This document shows positions 10,648 to 20,717 of a DNA stretch of 64,000 nt, in pieces. The stretch's first letter is position 1. The number at the start of each line of letters is the position of its first letter. Position numbers and translations under genes: made by a program. The notes under the pieces are model-generated. The model had not been told where the DNA came from, made no database searches, and worked only from the letters and a program-made list of their open reading frames with translations. Source of the DNA: Candidatus Binatia bacterium. Its GTDB lineage: Bacteria; Desulfobacterota; Binatia; Bin18. The stretch spans positions 3,648,546 to 3,712,545 of the forward strand of contig OZ246888.1 of the NCBI GenBank assembly GCA_965231775.1, written 5' to 3'.

Positions 10648-10707
10648 TCTTCCACGCATATAGGGTTTAATAGTACCGGTTCCTTGAAATCACACCGGAA
10701 AATCCAA

Positions 10708-10736
10708 TTGACATAAAGACGACTTTTACCTAGTCT
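10708..10736 (+). promoter_or_regulatory. Sigma70-type promoter of the BREX operon
   Basis: TTGACA (10708-10713), 17-nt spacer and TAGTCT (10731-10736) in an AT-rich intergenic region. Confidence 0.6.
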
Positions 10737-10832
10737 AGCCTAGTTTATCAGGGTTTGTACCAGTTAAGTATGCTGGCATGAACTGACTGACTAGTATAGC
10801 TCGGCGGTATTTAAGCAAAGGTGTGTGGAGCA

Positions 10833-11033
10833 ATGCTGGAAGATCGGTGGTTCTCCGTGGACGAGATCGCGGCCTACCTCGGTATCAAGAGGGACACGGT
10901 CTACAAGTGGATCGCAGAAAAGCAGATGCCGGGGCACCGGGTGGGCCGCTTGTGGAAATTCCGTAAAGAAGAAGTAGACGATTGGGTGAGGTCAGGAGGG
11001 AACGACAAGGCTAGGGACCGAGGAGAAGAATGA
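10833..11033 (+). CDS. Excisionase-type helix-turn-helix DNA-binding protein
   Basis: WFSVDEIAAYLGIKRDTVYKWI..PGHRVGRLWKF (HTH_17 pattern); stop overlaps the brxF start. Confidence 0.88.
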   Translation: MLEDRWFSVDEIAAYLGIKRDTVYKWIAEKQMPGHRVGRLWKFRKEEVDDWVRSGGNDKARDRGEE

Positions 11034-11509
11034 TGGCGGAACCCCTCACTGACCAAATCATACGAAAGGTCGAGCGGGCCGCCGAACTCTATTACCGATT
11101 GATATTGGTCGTCGCACCGGCAGGCATAGGCAAAACCGCCGCGTTACAAGATGTGCAGGATCGTACTGGCGCGCCTTTGGTGAACGTCAATCTTGCGCTT
11201 TCTCGTAGAATGCTCGAATTGACCGAACGCCAGCGTAGTTTACAGTTGCAACGGCTTCTCGAAGAGATCATTGGTGAGCACGAGGAGGAGATCATCCTGC
11301 TCGACAACATCGAAATCATATTCGACCTCAGCCTAAAACAGGACCCGCTGCGATTGCTCCAGAGAATCTCGCGCAACAAGACTGTAGTGGCTGCATGGAA
11401 CGGCACTATTGTCGAAGAGTTTTTAACCTACGCCGTCCCAGCCCACGCAGAGTACAGGCGCTATCCAATACCTGATCTTCTGATAGTCAGTCCTGAAGGG
11501 ACGATATGA
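11030..11509 (+). CDS. brxF: BREX-3 P-loop protein BrxF
   Basis: YYRLILVV, Walker [28 protein letters not shown] and position at the head of the BREX locus. Confidence 0.85.
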   Translation: MMAEPLTDQIIRKVERAAELYYRLILVVAPAGIGKTAALQDVQDRTGAPLVNVNLALSRRMLELTERQRSLQLQRLLEEIIGEHEEEIILLDNIEIIFDLSLKQDPLRLLQRISRNKTVVAAWNGTIVEEFLTYAVPAHAEYRRYPIPDLLIVSPEGTI

Positions 11510-11543
11510 AGAAGATAAATTCTACTGTCAGGGAGCAGACGCA

Positions 11544-14500
11544 ATGAAATACGGTGAGTTGGTCCAGTTTGAGCCCATCGAGTCCGTGGTTCAGCTACGG
11601 GACGCTGACCAAGTGACTGCGGCCCGGCAACTTGTCGAGACCTACGTCATTTCTGAAGAGATGGCGGAAACACTGGTGAGCTTAGTTATCCCTCAGTTGC
11701 AGTTTGACCGGCCGACCGACAACAAAGGTATTCTGGTGGTCGGTAACTACGGCACCGGTAAGTCTCACCTCATGTCGGTGATCTCTGGGCTTGCGGAGAA
11801 TGCCGATCTCCCAGCCAGTCTGAATGATGCCAATGTGGCCGCCGCTGCCGGGGAAATAGGCGGTCGCTTCAAGGTGGTGCGTACCGAAATAGGGGCGACC
11901 ACCATGTCCCTACGGGACATCCTTGTAGCTGAGCTGGAAGAGCATCTTGCAGCGCTAGGCGTGAGTTATACTTTTCCCTCCACCGACCAGGTACCCAACA
12001 ACAAACGATCTTTTGAAGAAATGATGACTACGTTTCATCAGGAGTTTCCAGACCACGGCCTACTCCTCGTGGTGGACGAGCTACTTGATTACCTGCGCGC
12101 CCGCAAGGACCAGGAACTCATCCTGGACCTGAACTTCCTGCGTGAAATCGGCGAGGTTTGCAAAGACCTACGCTTCCGCTTCGTGGCCGGCGTTCAGGAA
12201 GCCATCTTCGATAGTCCCCGTTTTTCCTTCGTGGCCGGCAGCATCCGCCGGGTAAAGGATCGGTTCGAACAAGTGCTCATCGCCCGCAAAGACGTCAAGT
12301 TCGTGGTGGCTGAGCGACTGCTCAAGAAAACCGTCGAGCAGCAGGCTAAGATACGCGAGCACCTGACACCTTTCGGTAAATTCTACGGCCAGATGAACGA
12401 GCGCATGGATGAGTTCGTCCGTCTCTTTCCGGTGCATCCCGAATACATCGACACCTTTGAAAGAGTGACTGCTGTGGAAAAGCGCGAGGTTTTGAAGACG
12501 CTCTCTCTGGCCATGAAGAAGAGGCTCAACCAGGACATACCGGACGACCATCCCGGACTCATCGCCTACGACACTTACTGGACCAATCTCCGAGAGAACC
12601 CATCGTTCCGTGCTATTCCGGATATCAAGACGGTTATCGACTGTAGCCAAGTGCTGGAGTCCCGCATCCAGCATGCCTTCACGCGCCCAGCCTATAAGCC
12701 CATGGCGCTTCGGCTCACCCATGCCCTGTCGGTACATCGTCTTACCACCGGCGACATCTACGCCACTCTGGGCGCAACGGCCGAGGAATTCCGCGACGGA
12801 CTCTGCCTGTATCAACCGGGCATTGAGGAGTTAGGCGGCGATCCGGCCGACGATCTGCTCTCCCAAGTGGAGACCGTCCTCAGGGAAATCCACAAGACGG
12901 TCAGCGGGCAATTCATTTCATCGAACCCCGACAACCGGCAGTTCTATCTCGACCTGAAGAAGACCGACGACTTCGACGCGCTGATCGAAAGGCGTGCCGA
13001 GAGCCTCGATTCCTCTCAATTGGACCGATACTACTACGAGGCCCTGAAACGGGTCATGGAATGTACGGACCAGACCTACGTCACCGGCTACAAGATCTGG
13101 CAGCACGAGCTGGAATGGTTGGAGCGGAAGGCCGCGCGCCAGGGATATCTCTTCTTCGGCGCGCCCAACGAACGCTCCACCGCCGTCCCGCCGCGCGACT
13201 TTTACCTCTATTTCATCCAACCCTTCGATGCGCCGCACTTCAAGGATGAAAAGAACTCCGACGAGTTATTCCTGCGGCTTACCAACCCGGACGACGAATT
13301 CCGTAAGGCACTCGGAAACTACGCCGCAGCCTTGGATCTAGCTTCCACCTCATCGGGGCACGCCAAGTCCACATACGAGTCCAAGTCCTCCCATTTTCTG
13401 CGCGCCCTGGTGCAGTGGCTGCAAAAGCACATGGCCGATGCCTTCGAGGTCACCTATCGGGGGCGTACCAAATCGCTCATCGAATGGGCCAAGGACAAGT
13501 CGATCCGAGCGTTGTCCGGTATCGCTCCACATGAGCGCATCAACTTCCGTGACCTGATCAACACCATCGCCGGCATTTGTCTGGATACCCATTTCCAGGA
13601 TCAAGCGCCCGAACATCCCCGCTTCTCGGTTCTCATCACCGGAACCAGCCGGACCCAAGCCGCCCAAGACGCCCTACGGGCCATAGCCGGTCAGAATCGG
13701 ACTAAGCAAGCCACGGCGGTACTTGACGCTTTGGAACTCCTCGACGGTGAAAAACTCGTTCCCGACAAATCGAAATACGCCGAGTATATCCTCGGTCTGC
13801 TCAGGAAGAAGGGCCATGGCCAAGTCGTCAATCGCTCTGAGCTGATACAGGACGACACAGGCGTGGAATACATGGATAAGGACCGCCAGCGCTTGGAACC
13901 AGAATGGGCTGTGGTCGTTCTGGCCGGGCTGGTCTACTCCGGTGAAGTGATCCTCGCTGTTCCAGGTAAGAAGTTCGACGCCACCGGCCTACCGCAGTTG
14001 GCAGGGACCAGCGTGTATGAACTCACCCAGTTCAAGCACATCGAACAGCCCAAGGACTGGAACCTGCCGGCGCTCAAGGCGCTGTTTGAACTGCTCGGTG
14101 TCACGCCAGGCAAGGCGCAGATAGTGACCCAGGGTAAGGAAGAACCGGTCCAGGAACTCCAGGAGGCCCTCTCTAAATCAGTGGAAAAGCTGGTGCTCGT
14201 GCAGCAGAGCCTGCAAAGCGGTCTACCCTTCTGGGGTCGGAATCTGCTGGATGAGGAAGACGCTCAGAAGCTCCGTGCCCGGCTCAACAAGACCCAAGGC
14301 TTCCTGGAATCGAACCAAGCCTATACCTCGCCCGGTAAGCTCAAGAACTTCCGGTACAATGCCCAGGATGTCACCTCCCACCAAGACGGGTTCAATTCCC
14401 TGGCTGAGATCGAATCCCTCCAGGCCCTAGTGACGGACCTCGGCTCCACAGCGTCGTTTCTTTCCACCGCTGAGGCGATGCTGCCCACGGAACATGAGTG

Positions 14501-15272
14501 GGTGAGAAAAATGAAACAGGCACGTGATGAGGTACACGCTCAACTAGGGGATTCGGACAAGCGTGGCGCGTCCACATTCAGGCAGAAGACCCAGCGCAAA
14601 CTAACTGACCTCAAGAAAGCCTATGTACAAACCTACTTGGGAATGCACGCCAAGGCCCGGCTGGGGAGGAACGAAGACAGGCGCAAAGCTGACCTCATGG
14701 GCGACAATCGGCTCAAGGCACTACAGAAACTCTCCACCATCGAGTTGATGCCCCGTCAGCACCTGAGCGACTTTCAAAACCGCCTGACCGGATTGGAGAG
14801 TTGCTTCGCACTCACAGAACAAGAGATGGCCGCCTCGCCCGTCTGCCCACACTGTAGCTACAAGCCCGACACAGAACCATCCACCGCTCCCGTGGGTATG
14901 GTGCTGGACGACTTGGACGACGAACTGGACAAGCTGGTAGCCAACTGGACCCAGACCCTGCTGACTAACCTGGAGGACCCAACCACTAAGGACAACCTGG
15001 ACCTGCTCAAACCCGAGCCCAAGAAACTGGTGAATGGTTTTATCAACAAACGGGGCCTACCGGACGAACTCAACCAGGACTTCATCCACGCCTTGAGTGA
15101 GGTGCTGGCCGGACTCCAGAAGGTACCGGTCAAAACCGCTGACTTACGCGCAGCGTTGCTGTCTGGCGGTTCGCCAGCAACACCGGCGGAAATGAAGAAA
15201 CGGTTCGAGGAATACCTGGACGCACTTACCAAAGGTAAGGAATCCGGTAAGGTACGCATCGTCCTGGAGTGA
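11544..15272 (+). CDS. brxC: BREX-3 large ATPase BrxC/PglY (DUF6079)
   Basis: 1242 aa; Walker A GNYGTGKS, Walker [13 protein letters not shown]-terminal CPHC; BREX context. Confidence 0.85.
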   Translation: MKYGELVQFEPIESVVQLRDADQVTAARQLVETYVISEEMAETLVSLVIPQLQFDRPTDNKGILVVGNYGTGKSHLMSVISGLAENADLPASLNDANVAAAAGEIGGRFKVVRTEIGATTMSLRDILVAELEEHLAALGVSYTFPSTDQVPNNKRSFEEMMTTFHQEFPDHGLLLVVDELLDYLRARKDQELILDLNFLREIGEVCKDLRFRFVAGVQEAIFDSPRFSFVAGSIRRVKDRFEQVLIARKDVKFVVAERLLKKTVEQQAKIREHLTPFGKFYGQMNERMDEFVRLFPVHPEYIDTFERVTAVEKREVLKTLSLAMKKRLNQDIPDDHPGLIAYDTYWTNLRENPSFRAIPDIKTVIDCSQVLESRIQHAFTRPAYKPMALRLTHALSVHRLTTGDIYATLGATAEEFRDGLCLYQPGIEELGGDPADDLLSQVETVLREIHKTVSGQFISSNPDNRQFYLDLKKTDDFDALIERRAESLDSSQLDRYYYEALKRVMECTDQTYVTGYKIWQHELEWLERKAARQGYLFFGAPNERSTAVPPRDFYLYFIQPFDAPHFKDEKNSDELFLRLTNPDDEFRKALGNYAAALDLASTSSGHAKSTYESKSSHFLRALVQWLQKHMADAFEVTYRGRTKSLIEWAKDKSIRALSGIAPHERINFRDLINTIAGICLDTHFQDQAPEHPRFSVLITGTSRTQAAQDALRAIAGQNRTKQATAVLDALELLDGEKLVPDKSKYAEYILGLLRKKGHGQVVNRSELIQDDTGVEYMDKDRQRLEPEWAVVVLAGLVYSGEVILAVPGKKFDATGLPQLAGTSVYELTQFKHIEQPKDWNLPALKALFELLGVTPGKAQIVTQGKEEPVQELQEALSKSVEKLVLVQQSLQSGLPFWGRNLLDEEDAQKLRARLNKTQGFLESNQAYTSPGKLKNFRYNAQDVTSHQDGFNSLAEIESLQALVTDLGSTASFLSTAEAMLPTEHEWVRKMKQARDEVHAQLGDSDKRGASTFRQKTQRKLTDLKKAYVQTYLGMHAKARLGRNEDRRKADLMGDNRLKALQKLSTIELMPRQHLSDFQNRLTGLESCFALTEQEMAASPVCPHCSYKPDTEPSTAPVGMVLDDLDDELDKLVANWTQTLLTNLEDPTTKDNLDLLKPEPKKLVNGFINKRGLPDELNQDFIHALSEVLAGLQKVPVKTADLRAALLSGGSPATPAEMKKRFEEYLDALTKGKESGKVRIVLE

Positions 15273-15275
15273 AGA

Positions 15276-15669
15276 GTGGAATACGAACTGACCGAACACC
15301 CCGCTCTAACTAACCAAGTTGACGCCGAAAAGAGGGACTTAGTCACTGACCAAGTTGATACTGCAACAGGCATGGTTGGTCAGTGACCAAGCTCAGCGGC
15401 TTCAGAGTCTGACTGAGAATCAGTGGAAGACCGTGATGTTCTGCGACGTACCGCGCTCGGTGGCTGCCATGATAGACGAGATCGGACTGACACACCGGAC
15501 ATTCTTCCGACGCAATCATCTGGAGCCGTTGCTGCGGGGCGGCGTACTCCGGATGACTAATCCGGATCAGCTAAACCATCCCGACCAAGCCTATGTGCTG
15601 ACCGAGGATGACGCCAAGCTCAAGGTCCGGCGTGTAAACGGAGAAGCCGGGAAAGATAACGAGAATTAA
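15276..15669 (+). pseudogene. C-terminal remnant of a Fic-like/ATP-binding HTH protein
   Basis: TNQV/TDQV/SDQA linker repeats, then FRRNHLEPLL..MTNPDQLNHPDQAYVLT; frameshift near 15375 and no N-terminal domain. Confidence 0.55.
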
Positions 15670-15671
15670 GG

Positions 15672-17531
15672 ATGACGCAAAGCAAGGCCGATCGCCAGAC
15701 AAGACAGCTTTTTCGGAACACGTCCGGACAAGATGAATTGTTCGAGAAATCCAACGAAGAGGAACTTGAAGCCCAGCGCGGCCAACCGGTCGAGTGTCTC
15801 GGAATGACGTTCGAGAACGACGAGAGGCGTCGGGAGCATTTCCTGGAAAAGCTGCGCCAAAAGCTCAAGGACCCGGAATTTCGCAAGATCGAAGGATTCC
15901 CGATTGGTGAAGATGAGGACATCCTGCGGCTGTCGGACCCGCCGTATTACACCGCCTGCCCGAATCCCTTCATTGAGGATTTCATCAAGCACCACGGGGA
16001 GCCGTATGACCCGGTTACCGATGATTATCGTCGAGAACCATTCGCTGCGGACGTGAGTGAGGGGAAAAACGATACGATTTACAAACTACATAGCTATCAC
16101 ACCAAAGTGCCATACAAATCCATAATTCATTTTATAGAGCATTTCACTGACCCAGGAGATACAGTGCTCGATGTTTTTTGCGGAAGCGGTATGACAGCTG
16201 TAGCAAGCACGATGGTTGGGCGTCATTCTATCTCTTGCGACCTTTCTCCAATCTGCACCTTCGTCACACATAATTGTGTTCATGATAATCCGCACAGACA
16301 CCTTCGTGGCATTGAGAAGTTGATCGCCACACTTGAAGATAGGTATAAAGACGCAATTTTCACTTTTACCAGCCAAGAAAATTCTAAGAGGATTCAATTT
16401 ACGGTATGGAGCGATGTTTTAATTTGCCCGAACTGCTCGCGTGATGTCCTGTTTTGGGGCAATGGTGTCGATGTCGAAACGGGCGTAACGCCGAAAGAAT
16501 TCCCATGTCCTCACTGCCAAGCATCTATAAAGACACTTACCGCAGAAAAGACGCATGAAACCTATTTTGATCACATTCTGAACATATCAAGAAAACGAAT
16601 CAAACGAGTGCCAGTGTTGGTCAACTACAAAGAAACCAAGGGTTGGTCAGAGAAAACACCTGACGATAAAGATCTGGGTATTATACAAGAGTATACGAAA
16701 TTTATTCCACACAATCCCAAATTGCCCAGAGAGTTTATTAAGGGGGATATGTATCGATCTGGCTATCATTTCGGCATGACGCATGTGCACGATTTTTTTG
16801 ATCAAAGAGTCCTGTGTATTATGGAAGACCTTAGAGAATCGTTGCTTCAAGAATATGGTAACTATGGGCTCTTTCTGTTCACATCGTTATTGAATCGACT
16901 ATCTCGGATGAATCGGTTTATTCCAAAGAAAAATGGCTCGGGCGTAGTCGGCCCATTCTCAGGCACTCTTTATATGCCGCCCCTGCAAGTAGAGAGAGAA
17001 CCTCTCCTGTATTTGAAAGGAAAGGTTAGGACTCATAGGAAATGTGCACAACTACTGGGCACGCAGAAGGCGATAACTACTACCCAATCTGCAAGCGATC
17101 TAAAACAAATACCAGGAAACAGTGTCGATTACGCCTTTGTTGACCCTCCATTTGGCGCAAACCTTATGTACTCCGAACTAAATTATCTTCTTGAGTACTG
17201 GATTGATGTGTTTACGAACCCACAGCATGAAGCAATCCAAAGCGAATATCAGAAAAAGGCTTTAGGTGAATACCGCGGTCTTATGCTTGATTCCTTCAAG
17301 AGTGTATATCGGATTCTAAAGCCTAGTCGTTGGTTAACTGTAGAATTTCATAATTCCAATAATACGGTTTGGCAGGCTATCCAACTTGCGTTATGGGAGG
17401 CTGGTTTCGTCATTGCTGATGTTCGTGTTCTAGATAAACGTAAAATAACCATGTTGCAGGGAGCGCATGCGAATATAGCAAAACAAGACCTTGTCCTTTC
17501 TGCATATCAGTACACTCTTGGACTGGAGTAA
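15672..17531 (+). CDS. pglXI: BREX-3 DNA methyltransferase PglXI, probably 3'-truncated
   Basis: SYHTKVP, motif I DVFCGSG, CPNC/CPHC zinc ribbon and catalytic DPPF (17142-17153); ends shortly after KQDLVLSAY at 619 aa. Confidence 0.8.
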   Translation: MTQSKADRQTRQLFRNTSGQDELFEKSNEEELEAQRGQPVECLGMTFENDERRREHFLEKLRQKLKDPEFRKIEGFPIGEDEDILRLSDPPYYTACPNPFIEDFIKHHGEPYDPVTDDYRREPFAADVSEGKNDTIYKLHSYHTKVPYKSIIHFIEHFTDPGDTVLDVFCGSGMTAVASTMVGRHSISCDLSPICTFVTHNCVHDNPHRHLRGIEKLIATLEDRYKDAIFTFTSQENSKRIQFTVWSDVLICPNCSRDVLFWGNGVDVETGVTPKEFPCPHCQASIKTLTAEKTHETYFDHILNISRKRIKRVPVLVNYKETKGWSEKTPDDKDLGIIQEYTKFIPHNPKLPREFIKGDMYRSGYHFGMTHVHDFFDQRVLCIMEDLRESLLQEYGNYGLFLFTSLLNRLSRMNRFIPKKNGSGVVGPFSGTLYMPPLQVEREPLLYLKGKVRTHRKCAQLLGTQKAITTTQSASDLKQIPGNSVDYAFVDPPFGANLMYSELNYLLEYWIDVFTNPQHEAIQSEYQKKALGEYRGLMLDSFKSVYRILKPSRWLTVEFHNSNNTVWQAIQLALWEAGFVIADVRVLDKRKITMLQGAHANIAKQDLVLSAYQYTLGLE

Positions 17532-18477
17532 GTTTCTTAAGGCATCATGGGTGGCTGTATATATGAGTGCACGGGCCTCCAAGGCCCTCTTTGAAGACGG
17601 GCTGTATCCACTTCGCAAGAATTTGATGAATCTCTTCGCGGCCAATGGAATCGAGGAATTTGACGTTAATACCGTCGCCAGAGTAGCAGATACACTGCTC
17701 CAACTCACACCATCACTTGAGGAACGCTTTAGTATCTCGGATGTCTTGACAGATGGTCTGTTAGTTGACCCTGACATCTTAGGGCCATCGGCAGGTAGCG
17801 CACTTCGAGAGGACCTTGCTCGTTGTTTAATCTTAATCGCCATTCTTCGCCGGTACTGCGGGGATGCCATTCGTGATCATTTTCTAATTCTTCGATGCGC
17901 GCCAGGACCGGTCGTTACTGTACAGGCCAAAATCGAAGAGATAGTCCATAACCGTGACGACCCTAACGAATTGCCCACCCCTCCTGAAATGTTCAAGGGG
18001 GATGTCCTGATTTGTGATGATTTCAGAGGATTCATTCAATTTTTGAACGAGTCCTCCATCCTCGTCAGTTCCACAGACATTTCAGGGTTGGAGACGGCAA
18101 TCCGTATCGCCCTTTATAAATCGCGACTCGAGCAAGGCAACGATCCCGATTGGGATAATCTGCGGGGTCTCCACATCGGTCGCCGTTTTATTGATACCGT
18201 ACACGATTCATTCAGGAATCAGGGTGATTCATTTTCAGCAAAAATTCTTCGTGCCATTGTTGAAACGCTGGACGAGAAAAACATGACGGCGACGCATGCG
18301 TTAAGGACGGGCTCCGGCGGCGGCAATCCCCAGCGAAAGCGGGCAGCAGATGGCGCTGGGGCTATGCGTCGGGATATCGATCGAGACCATCATCTTCACT
18401 ACTGGTTATGCAGCGATGGGGTTGTTGAACTCGCCTCGGTCAGTTACCCGCACGACAACTTTTCGATCCCAGAATGA
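17491..18477 (+). CDS. Hypothetical accessory protein with a RelE/ParE-like C-terminal domain, probably 5'-truncated
   Basis: Long open frame with no good start or RBS, overlapping the pglXI end; C-terminus HALR..AMRRDIDRDHHLHYW..VELASV..HD. Confidence 0.55.
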   Translation: MSFLHISTLLDWSKFLKASWVAVYMSARASKALFEDGLYPLRKNLMNLFAANGIEEFDVNTVARVADTLLQLTPSLEERFSISDVLTDGLLVDPDILGPSAGSALREDLARCLILIAILRRYCGDAIRDHFLILRCAPGPVVTVQAKIEEIVHNRDDPNELPTPPEMFKGDVLICDDFRGFIQFLNESSILVSSTDISGLETAIRIALYKSRLEQGNDPDWDNLRGLHIGRRFIDTVHDSFRNQGDSFSAKILRAIVETLDEKNMTATHALRTGSGGGNPQRKRAADGAGAMRRDIDRDHHLHYWLCSDGVVELASVSYPHDNFSIPE

Positions 18478-18575
18478 AGCTCAGGACTCCGGGACAGGGA
18501 CTACTGACGGCGTCACGTATGTCACCTCCACTGTATACATAGCGGACGCCTTGGCCCAGGATGTCTTGCTTGCGC

Positions 18576-18718
18576 CCATCGAAGGTCCACGACTATCGGC
18601 CGAGATTGATCCAGCAGGAAGAATGTACGTGGAACGAAGAACTCAAACGCGAAGCTCGGGCGTAGCCGGAGATAGTACCCTTCTTGTCAGCCGGGTTGAG
18701 AGAAGCGCCCATGAGTAG
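18576..18718 (+). pseudogene. brxHII: C-terminal scar of the BREX-3 helicase BrxHII
   Basis: KVHDYRPRLIQQEECTWNEELKREARA*PEIVP / LLVSRVERSAHE*, overlapping the pglZ start; resembles the BrxHII tail as I recall it. Confidence 0.6.
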
Positions 18719-20717
18719 CTGGCGCGGCCAGATTCTCAGAGAGTTCACTCCCGATGTCGCCCGGCTGACGCTGGTTGCCGACCCGGACGGGCTTCTTCTG
18801 GAAGAAGGCGTTCTTGCCGGCATACGCGAGCGGGGCTTTGAACTGCTCCCGTTCGAGGATCATATCGCCTTTCGGTATGCCTACGAATCCAGGTTCCGTT
18901 CCCGCTGGGACAAGGGAGAGAAGACTGACCTAGTGGTGGCGTTGCGCTTCGCAGCCAGTGACCTCGGTTCCTTGCCGTATGACCTGCTCCAAAGAGGCCG
19001 CCAGTTGTCCTTTAGCCTTGGGGAGATATTTCCCAACCTGAGCTATCCTGTTTTGACAGTGTTAAATCGCGGGGATCTCGACGCCCTTTACGAAGCCCAG
19101 AAGCAACACGCCCCCGACGTATTGGGCGACAACGCTACCAAGGAATTCGTCCTGCGGCATGTCTTCGAGATTGTACCGGAGTTTATCCGCAAGCCGGCCG
19201 ACCTGCTGCGCGTGCTGCTGCGCCGCCACTACGGAGAGCGACGAATTCCAGCTTTACTTGATGAGCGCTTTGTCCAGATTCTCCGTCAACGGAATAAGTT
19301 TGAAGAGTGGCCACTCGAAACGATCATCCCGGACCGGGGGGCTTTTTTTGCCTTTCTCCAGGAACGTTGGCCCATCTTTCTCGACCGGTCAGCAAAGCAG
19401 GTCGGCACTCGTGTTCGAGAGAACAAAGGGACTTACGCTTTCAAGCTTCCTGGCCTTTCGGATTTGCCATTCGACCACGACGATATTCGTGTCTACATAG
19501 ACAACCTGTTCCTTGAAGGGCTGCTTCAAGCCGTTCCCCATCCGCAAGCCGAATCGTTTTCAAAGACCTGGCTTGCCATCGGAATCCGAACGGACGAAAA
19601 GGCGGATAGAGCCCGCCGCGTGGCGGGCCTGCTCGATTCCATAGCCACCTCCATTCCGAAAGAGGACGCGCGGCATGACGACTGGTTCCATTTCGCCAGG
19701 ACTTGGGCCGAGCTTGTCAGTCTTGCCCTGGAATCGGATGATAGCTTGCCTGAAGCAACGCGTCAGAGGATAGAGGCGCTGCAAACGCAGATAGATGTTG
19801 CGCTTGTACCCTGGCTGACAAAACGCTACGCGGGATTGATCAACCTGCCGCCGGTTCCGCCGGTCATGCTCCACCACATTCCACGCTTCCTGTCCAGGCA
19901 CATTACCGATGCTAAGGACCACAAAGTTGCATTCGTTCTGGTGGACGGCCTTTCGCTGGATCAGTGGATCGTCATCCGCAAGGAGCTTATGAAACAACGT
20001 CCGGGATTCCGGTTCTGTGAAAGCGCGGTGTTCGCCTGGATCCCTACCATCACATCCGTTTCGCGTCAGGCGGCCTTTGCAGGAAAACCGCCCGTATACT
20101 TTCCGAACAGCATCCACACCACTAATAAGGAGCCCGCGCTGTGGGCGCAATTCTGGGTGGACCAGGGGCTGACACAACAGGAAGTCGCATACGCCAAGGG
20201 GCTGGGTGACGGCCCCTTGGAAAACGTGGAGGAGATGATTTCCAGTTCTAAGACACGTGTCACCGGCTTGGTCGTCGACAAAGTGGACAAGATCATGCAC
20301 GGCATGGAACTTGGCGTTGCGGGGATGCACAACCAAGTCCGACAGTGGGCCGGTCAGCCGTTCATGGCAAACCTTTTCGATCTGCTTCTGGAAAATGGAT
20401 TCCGAGTCTACCTGACTTCGGATCACGGAAATATCGAGGCGACCGGGTATGGCCGTCCCGCTGAGGGAGCGGTTGCGGACTTGCGCGGTGAGCGTGTTCG
20501 TATCTACTCCGATTCATTGCTGCGTGGTCGGCTCAAAAAGCGATTTCCAGACGCCCTGGAATGGCCACCAATTGGACTACCGGAAGATTATTTGCCTCTA
20601 CTCGCGCCCGGCCGCTCGGCGTTTGTGCGTGAGACCGAAGGCATTGTCGGTCACGGCGGTGCGTCTCTGGAGGAACTGGTCGTCCCTCTTGTGCAAATCG
20701 AAATGGGGGATACATGA
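18711..20717 (+). CDS. pglZ: BREX-3 PglZ alkaline-phosphatase-fold protein
   Basis: LTLVADPD N-terminus, FVLVDGL, WIPTITSVSRQA, LTSDHG and HGGASLEELVVP. Confidence 0.92.
   Translation: MSSWRGQILREFTPDVARLTLVADPDGLLLEEGVLAGIRERGFELLPFEDHIAFRYAYESRFRSRWDKGEKTDLVVALRFAASDLGSLPYDLLQRGRQLSFSLGEIFPNLSYPVLTVLNRGDLDALYEAQKQHAPDVLGDNATKEFVLRHVFEIVPEFIRKPADLLRVLLRRHYGERRIPALLDERFVQILRQRNKFEEWPLETIIPDRGAFFAFLQERWPIFLDRSAKQVGTRVRENKGTYAFKLPGLSDLPFDHDDIRVYIDNLFLEGLLQAVPHPQAESFSKTWLAIGIRTDEKADRARRVAGLLDSIATSIPKEDARHDDWFHFARTWAELVSLALESDDSLPEATRQRIEALQTQIDVALVPWLTKRYAGLINLPPVPPVMLHHIPRFLSRHITDAKDHKVAFVLVDGLSLDQWIVIRKELMKQRPGFRFCESAVFAWIPTITSVSRQAAFAGKPPVYFPNSIHTTNKEPALWAQFWVDQGLTQQEVAYAKGLGDGPLENVEEMISSSKTRVTGLVVDKVDKIMHGMELGVAGMHNQVRQWAGQPFMANLFDLLLENGFRVYLTSDHGNIEATGYGRPAEGAVADLRGERVRIYSDSLLRGRLKKRFPDALEWPPIGLPEDYLPLLAPGRSAFVRETEGIVGHGGASLEELVVPLVQIEMGDT

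Noticed and set aside
10833-11033. Excisionase as evidence of a prophage or ICE
   Set aside because: No integrase, att repeats, tRNA or phage genes; more likely a BREX-linked regulator.
15309-15393. Three ~36-nt-spaced repeats resembling a mini CRISPR array
   Set aside because: Repeats are short, degenerate and encode TDQV-type linkers; no cas genes.
16793-16799. T7 tract in pglXI (and a similar one in pglZ) as a phase-variation switch
   Set aside because: Tracts are short, in frame and expected from Phe codons in AT-rich DNA.
18350-18718. 122-aa ORF as a genuine gene
   Set aside because: Chimeric frame: overlaps the upstream gene, and only its last residues match the helicase scar.
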